Assembly: GCA_015064555.1 (NCBI GenBank) | Contig: SVRZ01000006.1 | Coordinates: 13,043-77,042, forward strand | Length of the DNA: 64,000 nucleotides | Reading direction: 5' to 3' | DNA from: Oscillospiraceae bacterium | Lineage (GTDB): Bacteria; Bacillota; Clostridia; Oscillospirales; CAG-272 | Shown: positions 56,240 to 64,000 of the stretch, in pieces | How positions within the stretch are numbered: the first letter of the stretch is position 1 | Layout: every line of letters starts with the position of its first letter | The notes under the pieces: generated by a model | Told to the model about the DNA's origin: nothing | The model's input: only the letters and a program-made list of their open reading frames with translations | Databases searched by the model: none | Program-made: the position numbers and the translations under genes

Positions 56240-57178
56240 TTAATTTCCCCTCGAAAGAGCGCAAAGCTCTGCGAGCATTTCCATAGCCTCAGCCTTGTCC
56301 TTGAGCGTAGCACCGCTTGCCTTTGCGTGACCGCCGCCGCCGTGCTTTACCGCGATCGGATTGATGTTATATTTGTTAGACCTAAGCTCTGCAAGCACTC
56401 CGTTCTCGGTCTCGGTAAAGTTCACCCAGGTGTCAACACCGCGTATCTCGCCCATAGTGTTCACCATTCCGCGCGAGATCGTGAAGCTGTCAACTCCGTA
56501 GCTTTTGAATTCGTCGTAGGGCGTGTATATGTACGCCACACCCGCCTCGGCAAACTGGATCTTCAGGACAAACATAGCACGAAGTCTTATAAATTTGTAA
56601 TCATCGGCATACAGACCGGTGAATATATCGGCAGTATCGAATTTCTGCTCCATAAGTCTTGATGCAAGGCGGAATGTGTTGGAATTCACCGAATCGTAGC
56701 GGAATCTGCCCGAGTCGGTGATCATTCCTGTATAAAGAGCCTTGGATGCGGCAGCTCCCAATGACAGTCCGCACTCTATAGCAAGCTCGGTTATAAGACC
56801 GCAGCAGCTCTCATAGCTCGTATCGGTAACCTCTGTGTCACATATATTTTCACAGAAAATGTGGTGGTCTATGCGCGCCGTTGCGGCGGCAGTCTTGTAT
56901 CTTTCATCCGATATGAGGGCGGATGCAGATGTGTCAAGCACTATGGCAAGGGCATTCTCATAGTAGCTGTCGGGGATGATATCCATTACGGAGCCTTCCA
57001 TAAATGAAAATCTGCCTGCCGCATCGCCTACCGCGTACACCTCTTTTTCGGGAAAGCTGTCCTTAAGAATGTTCTTTAATCCTATCTGGCTTCCGAGCGC
57101 ATCGCCGTCCGGATTCTTGTGTCTGTGTATAATTATTCTGTCATATTCCTTAATCTTTTCCAATATACTCTCAAACAT
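56240..57178 (-). CDS. DHH/DHHA1 phosphoesterase (NrnA-like), second paralog
   Basis: RH.NPDGDA, DHH, TDSGRF and GGGHA.ASG motifs; start set to MFESILEK. Confidence 0.92.
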   Translation of the reverse strand: MFESILEKIKEYDRIIIHRHKNPDGDALGSQIGLKNILKDSFPEKEVYAVGDAAGRFSFMEGSVMDIIPDSYYENALAIVLDTSASALISDERYKTAAATARIDHHIFCENICDTEVTDTSYESCCGLITELAIECGLSLGAAASKALYTGMITDSGRFRYDSVNSNTFRLASRLMEQKFDTADIFTGLYADDYKFIRLRAMFVLKIQFAEAGVAYIYTPYDEFKSYGVDSFTISRGMVNTMGEIRGVDTWVNFTETENGVLAELRSNKYNINPIAVKHGGGGHAKASGATLKDKAEAMEMLAELCALSRGN

Positions 57179-57390
57179 ATTTTTTGATCTCCGTTCTTGT
57201 TTTACTATGTAATTATACAATACATTTAAAAATAATGCAATGTTTTTTTGCCGAAAAGAGGCTTTTTGAATAAAAAAATGACGTATATGTAACTTTTTTT
57301 ACCAAAAGGTTGAAAAAAACAAAAAAGTGTAGTACAATATACTCACAAGTATTGGTATATTTTTCCGATTGAAGAAAGGAATGGATAACT

Positions 57391-58398
57391 ATGATCAAAG
57401 AGGATAATATTTTCCAGGAGGAAATGGATTTTTACGTAGGAGAGAAGCGTCCCAAGATGGCTATATGCTATGATTTCGACCGCACTCTTTCTCCCGACGA
57501 TATGCAGACCTTCACCCTCATTCCGTCATTCGGAGTCGATAAGGAGGAATTCTGGCATGAGTCGGATATGCTCGCCGAGGAGAACCTTATGGATAATAAT
57601 CTCGCTTGGATGTATGAGCTTATCAAGTACTCGAAGTTCAAGGGTAAGTCCTTAAGGCGTGAATACTTCAAACAGATCGGAGCAGATGTTCAGCTTTACG
57701 AGGGTGTTGAAAGCTGGTTTGAAAACGTGAATGCTTATGCGGCGGAGCACGGCATTGAGGTTGAGCATTACATAATATCCTCGGGACTGAAGGAGATAAT
57801 CGAGGGCAGCAGGATAGCACCTTACATAAAGCGCGTATACGCATCCTCATATCTTTACACGGCAGACGGTGTTGCCGAATGGCCTGCTCAGGCAGTAAAT
57901 TATACCACAAAAACGCAGTTTATCTTCAGAATAGCCAAGGGCTTCCTCGAGGAATATGACCAGAGGGTAAACGATAGCCTTCCGCACGATAGCCGAAACG
58001 TGGATTATGAGAACATCGTTTATATAGGCGACAGCGCGACGGATATTCCTTGTATGACGCTCGTTAAGCAGAAGGGCGGTTACTCGATCGGAGTTTACGA
58101 TCCGGTATCGCAGAATAAAAAGAAGGTCTATAAGCTCTTCGGTGACGGACGCCTCAATTTCTATGCGCCGGCGAATTATTCGGAGGGAAGTCCCATATTC
58201 GAATATATGAAGACGGTGATAGATGAGATCTCGGCAAGAGAAAAGCAGAAGAAGGAGCAGACTGAGCTTGCAAGGTCTGCTGACAGATATAAGAAAAGGT
58301 CTATTCTTGAAAGAGTTCTTTCCTCATCCTGCGAGTGCTTGAGCGATGAGGAGAAGGAGATACTCAATTCGATGATAGTTCATCTTGATGAGCAATAA
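57391..58398 (+). CDS. HAD-like hydrolase
   Basis: YDFDRTL, IISSG, K and YIGDS.TDIPC motifs. Confidence 0.85.
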   Translation: MIKEDNIFQEEMDFYVGEKRPKMAICYDFDRTLSPDDMQTFTLIPSFGVDKEEFWHESDMLAEENLMDNNLAWMYELIKYSKFKGKSLRREYFKQIGADVQLYEGVESWFENVNAYAAEHGIEVEHYIISSGLKEIIEGSRIAPYIKRVYASSYLYTADGVAEWPAQAVNYTTKTQFIFRIAKGFLEEYDQRVNDSLPHDSRNVDYENIVYIGDSATDIPCMTLVKQKGGYSIGVYDPVSQNKKKVYKLFGDGRLNFYAPANYSEGSPIFEYMKTVIDEISAREKQKKEQTELARSADRYKKRSILERVLSSSCECLSDEEKEILNSMIVHLDEQ

Positions 58399-58448
58399 TC
58401 AATTGTGACAAAATTAAAAGAGCGGAGATACATGCAGGTATCTTCGCT

Positions 58449-58743
58449 CTCGGGGCAAAGGCACTGTGTTTTACAGTACTTTTGCCGTTTTTTATTGGTT
58501 ACGCCTAAATGACACAGCCCCTCGGGGCAAAGGGATTTTGAGCGGAAATTCTCGGCTGACGAACGATAAGCGTACAAGGGTACGCTGAGTGAGGAAACGA
58601 GGATAGAATAAAAAACTTTAATAAAGATGAGGAAAAACGGAGTTTTTCAACCTTTAAAATATTATAAAAGTACGGCAAAGGCACTGTGTTTTACAGTGCC
58701 TCTGTGGTTTTTTATTCGGTTACGCCTAAATGACACAGCCCCT
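58449..58743. mobile_element. MITE/REP-like non-autonomous repeat: one internally deleted copy plus one full copy
   Basis: ~70-bp imperfect direct repeats 58454-58522 and 58674-58743; CTCGGGGCAAAGG at 58449 and 58521; GGGGC...GCCCC ends. Confidence 0.6.
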
Positions 58744-58773
58744 TTTGATCCGGTGGCTTTGGCTGCCAAATAT

Positions 58774-59565
58774 TTATTTTGCGTCCTTAGCCGCCTTAAC
58801 GATATCTCCAACACCGTTCAGAATGTATCTTGGGCGGTAGGGGAAGTTATCTATGTCCTCTATCGCGGTAACACCGCTGAGAACAAGAACGGTATCAACG
58901 TTAGACTCTATGCCCGCAATTATGTCCGTATCCATTCTATCGCCTATAAAGGCAATATCCGCACTATGACAGCCGAGCTTTCGCAGACCGTGTCTGAGCA
59001 TAAGAGGGTTGGGCTTGCCGACAAAATAAGCCTTTTTTCCGGTAGCGATCTCTATAGGCGCGACCAGCGAGCCGGTAGCCGGCATGACACCCTTTTCGGT
59101 AACGCCGATTGTATCGGGATTTGCGCCGATCAGCTTAGCACCTTTATTGACAAGCTCGATAGCCTTTTCAAGCTTTTCAAAGCAATAGGTACGAGTCTCT
59201 CCAATAACAACGTAATCGGGGTTTATATCGTTCATGTATATCTTCTGATCGTAAAGCGCCTTGGCGAGAGCCGCCTCGCCTATAACGTATGCGGTGCATC
59301 CGGGTGCCTGGCTGTGGAGAAATTCGGCAGTTGCCATAGCGCTGGTATAGAAATGATCTGCCGAAACGGAAAGTCCCATCCGCTCGAGCTTCATGCTCAG
59401 CTCATGTGGAGTTCTCTCGGGACTGTTGGTAAGAAAAACAAACTTCTTGCCGCTTTCGATCATCCAGTTAACAAAATCTGATGCGCCGTCAAGAATTTTC
59501 TTTCCATGATATATAACGCCGTCCATATCGCATATGAAGCCCTCTTTATTCAGTATTCTATCCAT
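58774..59565 (-). CDS. HAD-IIA family hydrolase (NagD-like)
   Basis: DMDGV, LTNS, GKP and GDRMDTDI motifs; start set to MDRILNK. Confidence 0.92.
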   Translation of the reverse strand: MDRILNKEGFICDMDGVIYHGKKILDGASDFVNWMIESGKKFVFLTNSPERTPHELSMKLERMGLSVSADHFYTSAMATAEFLHSQAPGCTAYVIGEAALAKALYDQKIYMNDINPDYVVIGETRTYCFEKLEKAIELVNKGAKLIGANPDTIGVTEKGVMPATGSLVAPIEIATGKKAYFVGKPNPLMLRHGLRKLGCHSADIAFIGDRMDTDIIAGIESNVDTVLVLSGVTAIEDIDNFPYRPRYILNGVGDIVKAAKDAK

Positions 59566-59639
59566 TGATAACACCCTTCTTTCATGCGTTGGCAAAGGCA
59601 TACGAAAGCAGCCCTTTCCATATTTGTATCTTTGATGTA

Positions 59640-59668
59640 AGTATACCATCTTTAAACTCTTTTGTCAA
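59640..59668 (-). promoter_or_regulatory. Sigma-A promoter of the nagD-like gene
   Basis: TTGACA-17-TATACT with TG extension on -. Confidence 0.7.
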
Positions 59669-59850
59669 GAGCCGACTGCATGAAAGTCGGGTTTGATATA
59701 GGGCGGTAATAATGAAAAAATCTCTCATGTTCCGGAGTCTAACGGAAAATAATAGCAGTAATTCATACTAATACGCGCTTTTTTTGGAAACAAGCTTCGA
59801 AGATCAAATGCACCGAAATTAAGATTGAAAGACAACTATTATTTGCAAAA

Positions 59851-60819
59851 TTACGGATTTTCCACTAGTATATCGTCGTCGGTTCTCATTTTATAGCTTA
59901 CAAGGTTATCCGATTTAATATCATTGATCTTCATCTTTATTGCACTTATCCTGAAGCGGTTGTAGGTTTTATAGTAATAGACTCCGCCTCCGAGGTCCAT
60001 AATCGATGAATACTGAGTCATATCGAGGCCGTCATCACTTCTCTCGCATCCCTTTGTTTTAGCCGCAGAGTCCAGAATATGAAGGGCTTGGCAAACACCA
60101 TCCGCCTCGGATTTCGCTTCCGGTGAATTGAGAAGGTTGAAGGCAGCGCGGATAAATCGCGACGAGGATGAGCTGCCCCCGGGAAGTCCCATAGTGCCGG
60201 TTCCTCCGCTGAATGGGCTGAGTCTGAGTCTATCGGTAAAACGGTTTTCTACCGCGTCTGCCGTAAGGTTAAGATAGCATCTCAAGTTTTCCCGATGATA
60301 ATCAAATGGTGGGTTATTAGTCAGCACGCCTATGGGGTTATCATAGATTTTTATCCCATCCTCGCGCGGCTCAAGCACTATACATTCACGTTTGTCTGCA
60401 ACTATATAGTGAAGCTCCGCTGCAGGGTATTTATCCGAAAACGGCTCTGAGGTGAGCGAAATATCAGGAATAAGGCTGCGCACCTCGGCAACGCTTTTTA
60501 TATTGCAAAGAAGGTATGGGATAAGCTCGAATGAGGCGAGATTGATCCCGGTCGGCTTCGGGGCGGTATATTTGCAATATCCGACGAAGTTAAGGGCACA
60601 TACCCCGAGCCCGTGTTGATTAAATCCGTCATAATAAAGCGGATAACCGTCGACAACGGTTGCCATCCCCAAGACGGCGTTGTGCCGGCTGTTTTCTCCG
60701 AGATATCTGAACTTCAGGCGAAATTCGTTTGGCATAAGGGTAACACTCTCGCGGTATCTGTGGCAGAGATCGAGGTTTCTGCCGAGAAATCTTTCCGAAT
60801 AATAAATAGCGGTACACAT
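59851..60819 (-). CDS. Choloylglycine hydrolase family (bile salt hydrolase/penicillin V acylase)
   Basis: Ntn-hydrolase M-CT start, GRNLD, YPLYYDG.N..GL, VLTNNP.F and GLPG..SS.SRFIRA motifs. Confidence 0.9.
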   Translation of the reverse strand: MCTAIYYSERFLGRNLDLCHRYRESVTLMPNEFRLKFRYLGENSRHNAVLGMATVVDGYPLYYDGFNQHGLGVCALNFVGYCKYTAPKPTGINLASFELIPYLLCNIKSVAEVRSLIPDISLTSEPFSDKYPAAELHYIVADKRECIVLEPREDGIKIYDNPIGVLTNNPPFDYHRENLRCYLNLTADAVENRFTDRLRLSPFSGGTGTMGLPGGSSSSSRFIRAAFNLLNSPEAKSEADGVCQALHILDSAAKTKGCERSDDGLDMTQYSSIMDLGGGVYYYKTYNRFRISAIKMKINDIKSDNLVSYKMRTDDDILVENP

Positions 60820-60883
60820 GATCGGAAATTCTCCTTTTTCGATTAGTGTACCGCTTTGTTATGCTTTTATGTGCTGATGCGTG

Positions 60884-61831
60884 TCATAATTCAACCGTTA
60901 TAAACTTGAGATCTCCCTTGACGGTAAAGAATCTGTCTATCTTATCCGCAGGGATAAATACCGTATCCGTGTCGGAAAGCCCGACTGCCGCTTTCTCATC
61001 ACCGTCGGGGCAGATGACTCCTGCTCCCTCGATCACGGTCAGGCACAGGAAGGTGGCATCTCCTACCTTGAGCTTCTGCTCGCCGCCGCGGACCGTGTAT
61101 TCCGCTGCGGTGAAATAATCGCACTTTCCTATAAGTCTTGCATCCTTATATCTTCCATAAACATCCTTCGGCTCTGTCGGTCTGTAAACGTCGGGGATAA
61201 GAACGTCAAGCGCCTTTTCAACGTGGAGCTCGCGCTTGTTTCCGGATGCATCCCTTCGCCCGTAGTCATAAAGACGGTAGGTGAGAGTGCTGTTCTGCTG
61301 TATCTCGAATATACGTACTCCTGCCCCTATGGCGTGTATTGTTCCCGAGGGAATAAAGAATACGTCACCTGCCTTTACTTCTTTGAAGGATAGCAGCTCT
61401 TCAATGCTTTCGTCGGCTATTTTTTCCGCAACCTCTTCGGGGGTGGATCTGCGCTTGAGTCCCATATAGAGGCCTGCACCCTCGTCGGCACTCACAACGT
61501 ACCACATTTCGGTCTTTCCGTACTGCCCTTCGACATCAAGTGCGTAATCGTCATTCGGATGCACCTGTACCGATAGCTTCTCCCTCGCGTCGATAAACTT
61601 TGTGAGCACAGGGAAAAATTCAAATCGGCGCGCCCGTCTGCCTGTCATTGGCTTGGTTATTATTTCGCTTATGCTCTTGCCGTCGATTTTTGACTCGCTT
61701 CCGGGTACAAAAGAAAGCTCCCAGCTTTCGCCTATGCGGTCCATTCCGCCGTGGTCCTTGTATTTTTTTAGCCAATCTCCACCCCATATATTGGCGTGAA
61801 GACTGGGTGTAAGCTTGTAAATCTTATTCAT
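60884..61831 (-). CDS. manA: Mannose-6-phosphate isomerase, class I
   Basis: IWGG, GESW, FP.L.KFIDA...LSVQVHP, GKTEMWY, HAIG and EIQQNS..TYR.YDY motifs. Confidence 0.92.
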   Translation of the reverse strand: MNKIYKLTPSLHANIWGGDWLKKYKDHGGMDRIGESWELSFVPGSESKIDGKSISEIITKPMTGRRARRFEFFPVLTKFIDAREKLSVQVHPNDDYALDVEGQYGKTEMWYVVSADEGAGLYMGLKRRSTPEEVAEKIADESIEELLSFKEVKAGDVFFIPSGTIHAIGAGVRIFEIQQNSTLTYRLYDYGRRDASGNKRELHVEKALDVLIPDVYRPTEPKDVYGRYKDARLIGKCDYFTAAEYTVRGGEQKLKVGDATFLCLTVIEGAGVICPDGDEKAAVGLSDTDTVFIPADKIDRFFTVKGDLKFITVEL

Positions 61832-62024
61832 AATCGATCTCCTTTTCCTACATTTTACCATCTTACCGCCTTTGTGTCAATGATTTATTCATTTAAATAT
61901 TAATTTTGTGTAAAAACTATTTATTTTTTTTATTTTGTGTGCTATACTAATATGAACTATTATCGTCCCTGGCGATTTTTGTCGTAAAAACGCACAGTAT
62001 CCACAAAAAGAAAGAAGGTAAAAT

Positions 62025-63182
62025 ATGAAAAAGGAAAAAAAGGCACTCTGCGATGACGTGTCCTGCCGAATGGGCAAGGTTGGCGGTCAGGCTGTCATTG
62101 AGGGTGTTATGATGAAGGCAGGTAAGAGAACGGTCACTACCTGCAGAAAGGATAACGGCGAGCTCGTCGTTACCGATGACAGCTTTGTTTCCGTAAGAGA
62201 GAAGAATAAGCTTCTTAATTTTCCTCTTTTGCGCGGTATTATCAATTTTGTTGAAATGATGATCCTCAGCTTTAAGACTCTCGGTGCATCTGCCGATGCG
62301 CTCGGGCTTGAGGAGGAGGAGACAAAGTTTGAAAAATGGCTTAAAAAGCATCTCGGCATAGGAATAACAAGCGTGATCATGGCGATAGGACTTGTGCTTG
62401 GTCTTGCACTTTCTCTGGTGCTGTTTATGTTCTTACCCATATGGACGGCAGATTTTATAAACGGTCTTTCGGTCAGACTCCTTGATTTCGATCTGGGCAT
62501 ATGGAAAAGAGTTCTTGAGGGTATTCTGAAGGCGGCTATATTCGTACTTTACCTCTGGCTCATATCCTTTATGCGCGATATAAAGCGTACGTTCATGTAT
62601 CACGGTGCAGAGCATAAGACGATAGCCTGCTATGAGGCGGGCGATGAGCTGACACCCGAAAATGCTATGAAGCACAAGCGCTTCCATCCCCGTTGCGGAA
62701 CGAGCTTTATGTTCTTTATGATACTTCTCGGAATCCTCGCGGGCATACTTATCGACGTCATTATTCCCGGTCTTAAGGGCTGGCAGTATAAATGCATAAG
62801 ACTCCTTATCCTTCCGCTTATTGTCGGTGTCGGCTATGAGTTTATCAGATTTGCGGGCAAGCACGATAACGTGATCGTGAGGATACTTTCCGCGCCCGGT
62901 CTTTGGGTGCAGAGGCTCACCACGAAGGAGCCCACCGCCGATATGCTCGAGGTAGCCATCACGTCCACCAAGTGCGCTCTGCGCGATGAAAATCCCGAAT
63001 GGATGGCATTTTACGAGAGCCGCGCATGGGAGAAGAAGGAAGAGGAAGAATCGCACGTCGAATCGGATGATGAGCAAAAGACGGATGCCGATACCGTGGC
63101 AGAGTCCGATATCTCGGAGAAGACCTCGGAGCAGGAGAGCAGCGATATCGCGGGCAAGGCCGACGAATCGGAGGTCGGATAA
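62025..63182 (+). CDS. DUF1385 domain membrane protein
   Basis: GGQAVIEGVMM, YHGAEHK, RFHPRCGTSF and Q.LTT.EP motifs; acidic tail. Confidence 0.92.
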   Translation: MKKEKKALCDDVSCRMGKVGGQAVIEGVMMKAGKRTVTTCRKDNGELVVTDDSFVSVREKNKLLNFPLLRGIINFVEMMILSFKTLGASADALGLEEEETKFEKWLKKHLGIGITSVIMAIGLVLGLALSLVLFMFLPIWTADFINGLSVRLLDFDLGIWKRVLEGILKAAIFVLYLWLISFMRDIKRTFMYHGAEHKTIACYEAGDELTPENAMKHKRFHPRCGTSFMFFMILLGILAGILIDVIIPGLKGWQYKCIRLLILPLIVGVGYEFIRFAGKHDNVIVRILSAPGLWVQRLTTKEPTADMLEVAITSTKCALRDENPEWMAFYESRAWEKKEEEESHVESDDEQKTDADTVAESDISEKTSEQESSDIAGKADESEVG

Positions 63183-64000
63183 TGAAATTTTCGGAGGCGG
63201 TGCGTCTGCTCGCCGAATCGGGAGTTGACTCGCCGCGCTACGATGCCGCAGAAATATTCTCGGTGCTCGGAGGATGTGGGAGAGCTATGCTTTTTGCATC
63301 GGATCCCGAGTGCGATTCACCAAAGGTCAGCCTCGCGGTAATGCGCCGTGCCAAAAGAGAGCCGCTTCAGTATATACTCGGGGCAGTGGACTTCTTTCGC
63401 GAGAAATACGAGGTGAGCAGGGATTGTCTGATCCCCCGTCAGGATACCGAGCTTCTCGTTGAATATGCGATAGGACATATTCCGTCGGGCGCGAGGATAG
63501 CAGATCTTTGCACAGGCAGCGGCTGTGTCGGTATATCCATACTTGCAAATACCGAAAATACAAGCGCAGTTCTCTCGGATCTGTCAGATGGTGCGCTTGA
63601 GCTCGCGAGAAAAAATGCCGTCATAAACGGTGTCTGCGACCGCGCCGAATTCGTTGCCTGCGATCTTCTTCGCGAGGAGCTTCCGGGTGAATTTTTCGCG
63701 GTGGTCTCAAATCCGCCCTACGTCACGGAGGATGCATACCTATCTCTTGAAAGCGAGATATTCTTTGAGCCGAGATCGGCTTTTGTAGCCGATGAAAACG
63801 GCTTACAGTTTTATAAAAAATTTATCCCCACCTATAAGACGAAAATATCCCGAGAAGGCTTTCTGGCATTCGAGATCGGATATGATCAGGCAGAGTCGCT
63901 TCGGCGTATTGCCGAGTCCGAGGGGATGAAGTGTGAAATAATCAAGGATTATTCGGGCAACGACAGAGTTGCCGTCTTACGACCGATCGCGGATCGGTAA
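63182..64000 (+). CDS. prmC: Release factor glutamine methyltransferase
   Basis: RR..REPLQYILG, LIPR.DTE, DLCTGSG, SNPPY and EIG..Q motifs; TAA stop at 63998-64000. Confidence 0.93.
   Translation: MKFSEAVRLLAESGVDSPRYDAAEIFSVLGGCGRAMLFASDPECDSPKVSLAVMRRAKREPLQYILGAVDFFREKYEVSRDCLIPRQDTELLVEYAIGHIPSGARIADLCTGSGCVGISILANTENTSAVLSDLSDGALELARKNAVINGVCDRAEFVACDLLREELPGEFFAVVSNPPYVTEDAYLSLESEIFFEPRSAFVADENGLQFYKKFIPTYKTKISREGFLAFEIGYDQAESLRRIAESEGMKCEIIKDYSGNDRVAVLRPIADR

Noticed and set aside
58454-58743. Direct repeats as a possible CRISPR array
   Set aside because: Only two ~70-bp imperfect copies about 150 bp apart and no cas genes; better explained as a MITE-like repeat
58627-59481. 284-aa + strand ORF starting within the repeat, a possible transposase
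   Set aside because: It is antisense to the nagD-like gene and shows no DDE or HUH motifs

Overview
Chromosomal window from a spore-forming Clostridia-class bacterium, judged by a complete spoIIIAA-AH operon, abrB, sigma-A type TTGACA-17-TATAAT promoters and GGAGG ribosome binding sites. A bile salt hydrolase-family gene suggests a gut or rumen habitat. Most of the roughly 57 CDS are housekeeping or metabolic: GDPDs, RNA modification enzymes, a GH2 glycosidase, HtrA, a GlpA-like cluster, a SorC-regulated mini-operon, a Re-citrate synthase/GntR/aconitase/IDH operon, cls, mgtC, nagA, comM, kdgK, asd, surE, two NrnA, HADs, manA and prmC. I saw no tRNA, rRNA, CRISPR array, integrase or transposase. 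The most unusual parts are five. (1) A two-gene secreted-protein operon (33212-40570): gene 1 has about 17 D-x-x-G beta-turn repeats and helical repeats; gene 2 has a heparinase II/III-like lyase fold with apparently substituted catalytic residues; the two seem to share a C-terminal helical module. (2) A roughly 210-nt multi-stem leader RNA with two terminator-like hairpins upstream of a BspA-type LRR lipoprotein (51782-51999). (3) Three tandem paralogous lipoproteins. (4) A SpoIIIAG that lacks most of its channel-forming insertion. (5) A MITE-like repeat present as one full and one internally deleted copy. All assignments come from reading the sequence by eye and from remembered family motifs; no searches were run.
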